Shown here: in pieces, positions 25,279 to 32,000 of the stretch
Layout: each line of letters begins with the position of its first letter
Numbering within the stretch: the stretch's first letter is position 1
Origin: an uncultured Chloroflexia bacterium
GTDB taxonomy: Bacteria > Chloroflexota > Ktedonobacteria > Ktedonobacterales > JADMIN01
NCBI GenBank assembly: GCA_963718915.1
Contig: CAVRAI010000004.1
Coordinates: forward strand, 60,001-92,000
Reading direction: 5' to 3'
Length of the DNA stretch: 32,000 bases
The notes under the pieces: generated by a model
Told to the model about the DNA's origin: nothing
What the model saw: only the letters and a program-made list of their open reading frames with translations
Database searches by the model: none
Made by a program: the position numbers and the translations under genes

Positions 25279-25526
25279 TGAACCAGGCGAAATGACTTAT
25301 ACTGATTTCGGGTGAGTTGTTGTGGTTCAGGCGGCCACCGTAGCCTGAAGGCCACGGCGAATTTCCTCGGCCGCAGCCTCGTCCACCCATTCGCCGTAGC
25401 GTTTACGCTACGGTCTGCTCGCCCGCCACAACGCGCGGTGTTCGGAGTAATAAGTGAACGTTCATAGCGCTACGGCCTGGAAACGACAAGCACCACAACG
25501 ACATCAGTATGAACCAGGCGAAATGA
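25279..25526. other. structured intergenic element: 17-nt direct repeats flanking a segment of about 215 bp with terminal inverted repeats and internal hairpins (MITE-like or ncRNA)
   Basis: Direct repeats tgaaccaggcgaaatga at 25279-25295 and 25510-25526. Inverted termini: atactgat (25299-25306) with atcagtat (25503-25510), and gttgttgtggt (25316-25326) with accacaacgac (25492-25502). Hairpins: ccgtagcc-tgaa-ggccacgg (25338-25357) and a perfect ccgtagcg-ttta-cgctacgg (25394-25413). Palindrome tgaacgttca at 25455-25464. Confidence 0.45.
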
Positions 25527-25535
25527 TTTTCAGGG

Positions 25536-26667
25536 CTACGGCAGCAGCAGATGCAGGTCGCCGAACTCGTGCCAGAGATAGCGCTCGTGTAGCGCCTCGC
25601 GATAGGCCGCGCTCACATGCGCCCGTCCGGCGATGGCTTCGAGCATGGCGAGATGGCTGGCGCGCGGCTCGTGCAGTCCGGTGAGCAGCCCCTGCACCGC
25701 GCGCACGCCACGTTCCGGTGTGATGATCAGCGGCGTCCACCCCTCGCCGGGATGGGTCGCGCCTTCCTCATCGGTCACGGTCTCCAGCGCGCGCACGACG
25801 GTCGTGCCGACGGCCACCACGCGCCGATGGGCGGCATGAGCCGCGTTGACCGCATGCGCCGTCGCCAGCGGTACCCGGTAATACTCTTCGTAGGGCGGCT
25901 CGTGGTCTTCGAGGCTGGAGACGCCAGTATGCAGCAACAGCGGCGCGATCTGGACGCCGCGCGCGATCAGGCGCGTTAGCAGTTCCGGGGTGAACGCGCG
26001 CCCTGCCGAGGGCATCTCCGCGCTGCCCATCTCGGTCGCATACACCGTCTGGTAATATTCGCCGGGCCAGCGTCGTGGCACATAGCTATAGCGGATGGGG
26101 AAGCCGTATTGCGCGAGGTAGTCGTTCAGCGGGCAGGGCAGCGCGAGCGTCGCCAGCCAGAGCCGCACGCCGCCTATCTATTGGGAGCGATGCGCGGTCG
26201 GTGGCATAGGGCGCCAGCAGCGTCGCCGTCGCGCCCGCGGGCAGGCTGATGACCTCGCCCGCGCGTCCGTCGCGGAAGGGCAGCGTCCCGTTTGGGCCGG
26301 GGAGTCGTAGCTCCAGCGTCCAGATGTCGCCGGGCAGATGCGTCGAGAGATGAACCTCCAGCGGTGACTCGTCGGCGCGGGTGGCGTCGAGCGCCGCGTT
26401 GAGGGCGCCACTGGTGTTGATGACCAGCAGGTCGCCCGGTTCGAGCGCCTCCACAATCGCGGCAAAACGATGGTGGCTGACGAGCGGCTCCGCCCCGCGC
26501 GAAACCATCAGCCGCACGCCGTCGCGTCCCAGCCCGCGCGCCTCTGGCGGCTCGTGCGCCTCCAACTCTGGAGGCAGCGTGAAGTCGAGCGGCTCGAGCT
26601 CCTCGAATGGTCCGCCTCGCGGCTCGTCGCGCGATGACGCAATCAAGGTCAGATGTTTCGTCGTCAT
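25536..26667 (-). pseudogene. queA: S-adenosylmethionine:tRNA ribosyltransferase-isomerase (QueA)-like gene, frameshifted by a 4-bp tandem duplication
   Basis: The N-terminal ORF (LDFTLPPELEAHEPPEARGLGRDGVRLMVS..., LLVINTSG) and the C-terminal ORF (RLWLATL...YQTVYA...GSAEMPSAGRAFT...LLLHTGVSS...AVGTTVVRALE) match QueA order. The 1132-nt span minus 4 nt gives 1128 nt (3 x 376). The junction reads ctc cca ATAG ATAG gc ggc gtg on the coding strand (plus-strand ctatctat at 26174-26181). Confidence 0.8.
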
Positions 26668-26700
26668 GGCTATATCTCGTTATCTTCAGCGCCGTGCGCG

Positions 26701-27408
26701 TCATCCCAGCGTGCGCGCGGCATAGCGCCCGGAGGACAGATCGCCGGTTAGCAGCACGATCAGGCCAGGCACGCTCGTCTCGGGCAGCGGTCGGTCGCTG
26801 ATATCCTCGCCCGGAAACGCTTCCTGATGCATTTGCGTTCGCATATCGCCCGGATCGACCCAGTAGACGCGCCATTCCTCGTTCTCAGCAGCCAGGATGT
26901 GCGAGAGTTGCTCCAGCGCGGCCTTGCTCGATCCATAGCCGCCCCAGCCCTCGTAGGGTTCGACGCCCGCGTCGCTGGTGATATTGAGGATGCGTGCGCC
27001 GGGCTTGAGCGTCTGTCGCAGCGCCTGGGTCAGCGCCAGCGGCGCGATCACGTTGGTGCGATAGACCTGTTCCAGCACATCCAGCGGGTAGTCGAGCAGT
27101 TCTGGTTGCGGGCTTGGGCCGAGGGTGCTGGCGTTGTTGACCAGGGCATCCAGCCCGCCGAGTCTCTCCGCGGCGTCGGCCAGCGCGGCCCGGTGCGCCG
27201 GGTCAGTGACATCCCCGGCAATGGCGACCACTCGCGCCTGCCCGGCCACCTCAGCCAGTTCAGCGCGAGCAGCCTCAAGAGCATCAGCGCCACGCGCGTC
27301 GATCAGCAGCGTCCAACCGTCGCGGGCTAACTGGCGCGCCAGGGCAAGCCCCAGCCCGCGCGAGGCCCCGGTGATGAGAATGGCGTGAGCAGGTGTTGCG
27401 TTCATCAT
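26701..27408 (-). CDS. short-chain dehydrogenase/reductase (SDR) family oxidoreductase
   Basis: ILITGASRGLGLALARQL cofactor motif, NNAS, and the catalytic YGSSKAALE motif. AGGAGA precedes the ATG. Confidence 0.9.
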   Translation of the reverse strand: MMNATPAHAILITGASRGLGLALARQLARDGWTLLIDARGADALEAARAELAEVAGQARVVAIAGDVTDPAHRAALADAAERLGGLDALVNNASTLGPSPQPELLDYPLDVLEQVYRTNVIAPLALTQALRQTLKPGARILNITSDAGVEPYEGWGGYGSSKAALEQLSHILAAENEEWRVYWVDPGDMRTQMHQEAFPGEDISDRPLPETSVPGLIVLLTGDLSSGRYAARTLG

Positions 27409-27652
27409 CTATCTCCTGTCCAGGAAGCGCTGGACGTAGCGAATTCCAGTCTGTCACCAGACATTGTACGCGCGCATGCTATTGCACACCATGCACAATA
27501 GGCCAGGCGCGACCTGTACTCACGGACAGGCGCGCGCAGGTTGTTCACGTGGATATGTCTGCAAGAACCGCCACATTGGTTGTACAACAAGAGAGGGCCA
27601 TATTGGGTCTCCTGGAATTGCCAGACAGCTAGTTGCGCAAGGAGAAGTTTGC

Positions 27653-28417
27653 ATGAGTCAGCAGAAGGTTGCCATCGTGACGGGTGGCTCGCTGGGCATT
27701 GGCGCGGCGGTCGTACGTCGGTTGGCGCGCGATGGCTACGCCGTTACCCTCGACTACCATACCCATAGCGACGCCGCCAACACCATCGCGCAAGAGATCG
27801 CGGGCCAGGGCGGTCAGGCGCTGGTGGTTCAGGCGGACGTCTCGCGCGTGGCTGATGTCGCCAATCTGGTGGCTCAGACCGTTGCCCGTTTCGGGCGACT
27901 CGACCTGCTGGTGAACAATGCGGGCATCGAGCAGCGGATGGCGTTCCTGGAGACCACCGAATCGGCCTTCGATCAGCAGATCGCGGTAGACCTCAGAGGG
28001 CCATACTTCGCGACGCAGGCTGCCGCGCGCCAGATGGTTGCGCAGGGCGGTGGAGGCTGCATCATCAATGTCAGCTCGGTACATGAAGACTTGCCGATGG
28101 TGGGCAATGCCGTCTACTGCGCCGCCAAAGGTGGGCTGCGCATGCTCACACGCACACTGGCGAACGAGCTTTCCGCCCATGGCATCCGCATCGTCAACAT
28201 TGGCCCAGGCGCGGTGGCCACACCCATCAACACGGCGACACTGGCCGATCCAGAGAAAGTGAAGGCGCTGCTGGCGGAAATCCCGCTCGACCGTATCGGC
28301 CAGCCCGATGATATCGCTAACGCCGTCGCCTGGCTCGCCTCCGATCAGGCGAGTTACATCACCGGCACAACCCTCTTCGTCGATGGCGGCCTGATGGTCT
28401 ACGCGGGCAGCCTGTGA
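27653..28417 (+). CDS. SDR family oxidoreductase (classical FabG / glucose-1-dehydrogenase-like)
   Basis: VAIVTGGSLGIGAAVVRRLA, NNAGI, and SSVH...YCAAKGGLRMLTRTLA. ATG 27653 with AAGGAGAA upstream. The ORF-track extension to 27464 is rejected. Confidence 0.9.
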   Translation: MSQQKVAIVTGGSLGIGAAVVRRLARDGYAVTLDYHTHSDAANTIAQEIAGQGGQALVVQADVSRVADVANLVAQTVARFGRLDLLVNNAGIEQRMAFLETTESAFDQQIAVDLRGPYFATQAAARQMVAQGGGGCIINVSSVHEDLPMVGNAVYCAAKGGLRMLTRTLANELSAHGIRIVNIGPGAVATPINTATLADPEKVKALLAEIPLDRIGQPDDIANAVAWLASDQASYITGTTLFVDGGLMVYAGSL

Positions 28418-28470
28418 GCAGAGATTTACGCCTCTCCTTGGCAGGCCGAGATCGGTGATAGCCGTGGTGA

Positions 28471-28528
28471 GCGCGGGCGGTTAAAACCGCGCCTTCATGG
28501 CCTGCGGCCACAAAACCCGCCTGCGCGG
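28471..28528 (+). repeat. REP-like GC-rich imperfect-palindrome element, copy 1
   Basis: gcgcgggcggttaaaaccgcgccttcatggcctgcggccacaaaacccgcctgcgcgg. The termini gcgcgggcgg and ccgcctgcgc are mutually complementary (9/10). It lies between convergent genes. Confidence 0.6.
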
Positions 28529-28636
28529 GTTAGAGAGCAGAGAGTTGAGCATGTGCCGGCACGTACGGCTGCCATCACGAGTTGAACAGATCCATCTGGC
28601 GAGCGCCGATCCAGGCAATAGAGAGTCTGGATGAGT

Positions 28637-28704
28637 CCGCGCAGGCGGACTTCGTGGCCGCAGTGAAGCGGAGGCCCTTAAGGCGCGGTTTCAACCGCCC
28701 GCGC
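28637..28704 (-). repeat. REP-like element, copy 2 (inverted relative to copy 1)
   Basis: The reverse complement, gcgcgggcggttgaaaccgcgccttaagggcctccgcttcactgcggccacgaagtccgcctgcgcgg, aligns to copy 1. The first 24 nt match 23/24 and the last 12 match 12/12. There is a 10-nt insertion and a few central mismatches. Confidence 0.6.
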
Positions 28705-28739
28705 GTCTTGCCGCCAGCCACCAACGCATACACAAAATG

Positions 28740-28763
28740 CCCCCTCTCCCACAGGAGAGGGGG
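28740..28763 (-). terminator. intrinsic terminator of the PP2C-vWA-FHA gene set
   Basis: Perfect 10-bp stem ccccctctcc/ggagaggggg with a 4-nt loop. On the minus strand it is followed by caTTTTgtgtat. It starts 15 nt after the FHA gene stop. Confidence 0.7.
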
Positions 28764-28777
28764 TTGGGGGTGAGGTT

Positions 28778-29266
28778 CTAGGCGGTCTGGAACTTCATGA
28801 CGACGCGGCCCAGGCGAAGCTCGTCGCCGTTGTTGATCGGCGTCGGCGTCTTGGGCGCCAGCTTCTGCTTGTTCACGAAGGTGAAGTTGGTGCTGTTCTC
28901 ATCCTCGACCATATACTGGCTGCCCTGCAAGAAAATCTTGGCGTGCAGTCGCGAGACGCCGCCCTCTTCGCCGCCATGGGGCGTCAGGTCAACATCGGGA
29001 TAGATGTTGCTGATCGGATCCTCACGACCGATGAGAATCTCGCTCTTGCCCGCGAGGTCGAATGTTTGTCCATCCGCCTCGACGACGAGCTTGGGTGCTG
29101 TGGCGGGCGCAGCGGGTGGCGCCGAGACGGCTGTGGCGGCAGGAGCCGCGACGGGCGTGGACGCCGCGGAGCTGCTGGCAGACTGGGGATCCAGTTGCTC
29201 GCCACATTCATCGCAGAAAAGGGATCCATCCGGATTTTCGTGTCCCAGTGAGCAACGAACGGTCAT
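28778..29266 (-). CDS. FHA-domain protein with N-terminal zinc ribbon
   Basis: N-terminus MTVRCSLGHENPDGSLFCDECGEQL, an Ala/Pro-rich linker, then the FHA core ILIGREDP...VSRLHAKIFLQGSQYMVEDENSTNFTFVN...LRLGRVVMKF. GAGGAGAG precedes the ATG. Confidence 0.9.
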   Translation of the reverse strand: MTVRCSLGHENPDGSLFCDECGEQLDPQSASSSAASTPVAAPAATAVSAPPAAPATAPKLVVEADGQTFDLAGKSEILIGREDPISNIYPDVDLTPHGGEEGGVSRLHAKIFLQGSQYMVEDENSTNFTFVNKQKLAPKTPTPINNGDELRLGRVVMKFQTA

Positions 29267-29377
29267 TATACTCTCCTCTTGATCTGGTTCGAGTCAGCGC
29301 GCGCGCGACCTCTCTGGTCAGCATACCACATGCCCCAACGCACGAGCAGCCTGCGTCCTGCGCCCCGCCCCAATGGG

Positions 29378-30598
29378 TTAGTCCAGCATCTGCGTCAGTT
29401 TGCGCGTCTTGTTGCCAATGTTCTTGACTTCCTCTTTCGAGACCGGGCCACCCGCCGCAAGCTGGTCGAGCGCGCGCTGTGTCTCGGGGTCAAGCATGCG
29501 GGTGACGTTGGGATGGAGCCGGGTCGTGACCTTGCCTGTCTTCTTGTACTCATCCAGCACCTTCGTCACCAACCGGTGCGCGTTCGACTTCTCGGCATAG
29601 TTCAGCACGACCGCGTTGGCTTCCTCAGGCGGCACCGGATCGTTGGTGAATGTCACAACCGCATCGGCGCGCACCTTCTCTGTGCCACCGCCGGGCACGT
29701 CGTACGAAAGCTCCGCCTGCGCAATGCGGAAGACGCCAACAGGCCGATTCTCGACCAATAGCTCGAAGAGCACCGCCTGCGGGGCTGTGCGCTCGATATC
29801 GCCGACCGTGATGACCGCCTCGCGGTCGGAGAGGCGCTCCTGGCTCAGCTCCGAAATCAGCGGCAGCACTTTGACCGCGCGCTTGGGCGAGACGCCAGCC
29901 GAGAGGCGCAGCGTAATCTCGGCGTTGCGCACGGAGACCGCCGCCGCATTTGCCAACTGCTGCTCGAAGATGGCCAGCGCGTCATCGGGTCGGCGGATAA
30001 ATTCGGCGGGCATGCCGCTGCTTCGCTGGCCGATGTTATCCAGCAGGTCTTCATCCCAGTCGGCGCCGATGCCCAGCGGGTAGATGCCCACGCCAGCCGC
30101 GCCCGCGTCGTCGGCGATGCGTCGGCAGCGATCGGTATCGCCATAGGTGACGCCATCGGTCAGCAGGATCATCCGGTTGACGGTCTGCGGCGAGGCGAAC
30201 TTTTTCAGTTCCATCAGGCCGATGTTCATGCCCAGTGACATGGCCGTGCCACCGCCGTCGCGGATGCCTTCGATCATGCCCTTGATGTGCTCTTTGTCGC
30301 TCGCGGGCTGTGCTGGCACCACCACATGTACGTTGTCGTCGAAGATCACCACCGAGACGATATCGGTGGGCAACATGTGATCCACCACTAGCTTCACCGC
30401 GTCTTTGACCGCCCGCAGCTTCGCGCCCTTCATCGAGCCGGAGTGATCCAGCACGAGCGCGAAGTTCAGCGGCATGCGCGTCTGCGTTGCTGTCGCGACG
30501 GGGCGCGCCTCCACCAGCACATAGGCAAGCTGGCTGCCACCGGTCACGGTCATGCGCTCGCGTCCTACCTGACAGTCCAGAGTTACTTCGCCGGCCAT
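29378..30598 (-). CDS. von Willebrand factor type A (vWA) domain protein with extended C-terminal region
   Basis: MIDAS motif FALVLDHSGSM, then GGGTAMSLG and ILLTDGVTYGD. I place the start at ATG 30598 (MAGEVTLD...). The 24 codons upstream in the ORF track are Arg-rich. Confidence 0.85.
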   Translation of the reverse strand: MAGEVTLDCQVGRERMTVTGGSQLAYVLVEARPVATATQTRMPLNFALVLDHSGSMKGAKLRAVKDAVKLVVDHMLPTDIVSVVIFDDNVHVVVPAQPASDKEHIKGMIEGIRDGGGTAMSLGMNIGLMELKKFASPQTVNRMILLTDGVTYGDTDRCRRIADDAGAAGVGIYPLGIGADWDEDLLDNIGQRSSGMPAEFIRRPDDALAIFEQQLANAAAVSVRNAEITLRLSAGVSPKRAVKVLPLISELSQERLSDREAVITVGDIERTAPQAVLFELLVENRPVGVFRIAQAELSYDVPGGGTEKVRADAVVTFTNDPVPPEEANAVVLNYAEKSNAHRLVTKVLDEYKKTGKVTTRLHPNVTRMLDPETQRALDQLAAGGPVSKEEVKNIGNKTRKLTQMLD

Positions 30599-30779
30599 CT
30601 TCTCTCGCCGTTCCCTTTCCTCACGCCGCCATCGCACTCGCCACCGCGCGGCGTTGCCATGCGCGAGCACATATCTTCATATTTGACGGTTTGCTCTTCC
30701 CCGCAAAACTGCGTACCGTTAACGTGTACGCTAGGCTCCATGCGAGGGTTGCGAACGGCTGTGGCTGATAAGGCGTGGC

Positions 30780-31976
30780 TCAAGCGCTGGCGTCGAGCAG
30801 GACGACGCTGATGTTGTCTTCACCGCCGTTCTCGTTCGCCGCGCGCACGATACGCTCGCAAGCCTCAGCCGTGCTGACGGTTTCGCGCAGAATGCGTGCC
30901 AGTTCGTCGTCGCGCACCATCTCCCAGACGCCATCCGAGCAGAGCAGAATGCGCATACCTGGTCGCAGTTCCTGCGGGAAGATATCGGCTTCCAGTCGCG
31001 GGTCAGCGCCGAGACTCTTGAGGATCTGGTTGCGTTGTGGATGCTCGTAGCGCTCGTCGGGCGTAATCATGCCCGCGTCAATCAGCTGCTCGACCAGTGA
31101 ATGGTCCTTCGTCACGCGGCGCAAGCCATGGTCGTCGTAGACGTAGCCGCGGCTGTCGCCCATATTCACGATCCAGGCGATATCGCCTGCGATGAGCGCG
31201 GCGACGAGCGTTGATCCCATATCGGCCTGCTGCGCGTCATTGGCGGCGCAGAGCGCGACGTTGGCGGCGCGTGCGGCCTCTCGTAGCAGCTTCTCGCCGT
31301 CAAATGCGGACACATCGGTATCGTTAGTCTCTTCACTGTGCTCGTCGGTGGGCGTTGCTGGCATAAGGGCAGGCGCGAGCACCTCCAGCATTGTTTGCAC
31401 GACGAGTTGGCTGGCCTCCTGGCCGTTGTCGTGGCCGCCAAGGCCATCGGCGACGATCCCCAGCGCGCGCGGGTCGTGGCGCGAGTTATAGACCGCGTCG
31501 AAGGCGAGCAGCGCTGTGCTATCCTCATTGGCCTCGCCATGGCGCGTCTGCCCATGGTCGGCGGTCACATACGCGCTCACGCGCACGCCACTGGGGAAAT
31601 GAATGGCGCTGATGGGTTTGGGCGCGACCTCATACGTGCGCAACCCCTGGGTGAAGATGCGCTGTCCCGCTTCCGTCTCGGCATCGGTTGCGTCGGCTAC
31701 CCCCGTATCGCTGGTGAGCCGTTCGACGAGCACAAACTCGCGTGAGAGCATATCGGCGCCGCACTGATCGCAGTAGGGATCGAGCGCGGTCGCGTTATCG
31801 TGCTGTGCTCCACACGACCAGCACTCTTCGTAGGCCTGAAGGTCGCGCGCGCGATAGACATTCTCCGGCCCAAGCTCGGTCTGAGACGAACGCACCAACT
31901 CTTCGACGCGATAGCGTCCCCCGACGATGATGGTGGGAGGCAGCGGCCACGGCAGGCCATCGGTGGGCGTCGGCAT
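30780..31976 (-). CDS. PP2C-family Ser/Thr phosphatase with N-terminal zinc-ribbon module (5' end may extend beyond the window)
   Basis: PP2C motifs EANEDS, IVADGLGGHDNG, MGSTLVAALI, NMGDSRGYV, LLCSDGVWEMV and GGEDNISVVLLD. The N-terminal region has CWSCG...CDQCG. The frame stays open from ATG 31976 to position 32000, so the true start is uncertain. Confidence 0.85.
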   Translation of the reverse strand: MPTPTDGLPWPLPPTIIVGGRYRVEELVRSSQTELGPENVYRARDLQAYEECWSCGAQHDNATALDPYCDQCGADMLSREFVLVERLTSDTGVADATDAETEAGQRIFTQGLRTYEVAPKPISAIHFPSGVRVSAYVTADHGQTRHGEANEDSTALLAFDAVYNSRHDPRALGIVADGLGGHDNGQEASQLVVQTMLEVLAPALMPATPTDEHSEETNDTDVSAFDGEKLLREAARAANVALCAANDAQQADMGSTLVAALIAGDIAWIVNMGDSRGYVYDDHGLRRVTKDHSLVEQLIDAGMITPDERYEHPQRNQILKSLGADPRLEADIFPQELRPGMRILLCSDGVWEMVRDDELARILRETVSTAEACERIVRAANENGGEDNISVVLLDASA

Positions 31977-32000
31977 GGCGGGCTGCGCCGGGTGCTCTGG

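Noticed and set aside
24176-25315. 379-aa plus-strand ORF.
   Set aside because: It is antisense to the TIR-TPR-FGE gene, whose three domains are all recognisable. It is Arg/Gly-rich, low-complexity and has no motif.
25296-25509. The structured intergenic element, considered as a retron msr-msd (closing a1/a2-like stem, effector gene, then RT on the same strand).
   Set aside because: The RT remnant has a DGR-type N-terminus (..EPK.R.I pattern), not a retron-type one. It is 2.4 kb away, behind a terminator, and I cannot identify a branching-G context. I keep it only as a generic ncRNA or MITE candidate.
27464-27652. 63-codon N-terminal extension of the second SDR.
   Set aside because: The Rossmann motif begins right after ATG 27653, which has an AAGGAGAA RBS. 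The extension is Arg/Cys/His-rich.
28471-28704. GC-rich repeats containing ggtttcaaccgccc, which superficially resembles a CRISPR repeat.
   Set aside because: There are only two copies, in inverted orientation, each internally palindromic, with no regular spacer architecture. This is REP-like, not a CRISPR array.

Overview
32-kb high-GC bacterial chromosomal window. My GC counts on single 60-nt lines give about 67-75% in the flanks and about 45-57% through much of 7.5-14.4 kb. I support about 30 protein genes. I saw no rRNA, tRNA or CRISPR array by eye. The taxon cannot be fixed from sequence alone; the gene content is compatible with a Chloroflexota- or Actinomycetota-like lineage, which is a weak inference.

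Layout:
- 0.1-4.8 kb: fatty-acid desaturase; a Cys-rich zinc-ribbon membrane protein followed by a polyprenyl synthase; a Gfo/Idh/MocA oxidoreductase; and an AhpD/CMD-family gene whose CxxC second-Cys codon is an in-frame TGA followed by a hairpin (candidate selenoprotein, split in two by the ORF track).
- 4.9-14.2 kb: lower-GC copper-handling island. It holds a YtkA-like protein overlapping (ATGA) a NarL-type histidine kinase, then the response regulator; a convergent two-gene beta-propeller operon (YVTN-repeat then BNR/Asp-box lipoprotein, ATGA overlap); and a divergent Sco1-YtkA, CopC, CopC-CopD-YtkA operon.
- 14.4-21.7 kb: two hypothetical genes; a disrupted PQQ-like propeller gene; an acidic/Pro-rich gene split by a 17-bp tandem duplication; an ArsR-type regulator divergent from an internally duplicated membrane protein plus a small membrane protein; and a pentapeptide-repeat membrane protein.
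- 22-25.5 kb: rplI; then a 75-codon N-terminal remnant of a DGR-type reverse transcriptase lying 180 nt downstream of a 705-aa TIR-TPR-FGE/C-type-lectin-fold protein; then a 250-bp structured intergenic element.
- 25.5-28.4 kb: a queA-like gene frameshifted by a 4-bp tandem duplication, and two SDR oxidoreductases.
- 28.4-32 kb: an inverted pair of REP-like GC-rich elements, a strong terminator, and a same-strand PP2C / vWA / FHA gene set in which the PP2C and FHA proteins carry N-terminal zinc ribbons.

Best leads: the decayed DGR next to a TIR effector with a CLec-type sensor; the UGA/CxxU AhpD-like gene; the copper island with three YtkA-like modules and an accessory-sensor-like kinase arrangement; and the structured intergenic element at 25.3-25.5 kb.

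All family calls rest on motifs read directly from the translations. No database search was possible.
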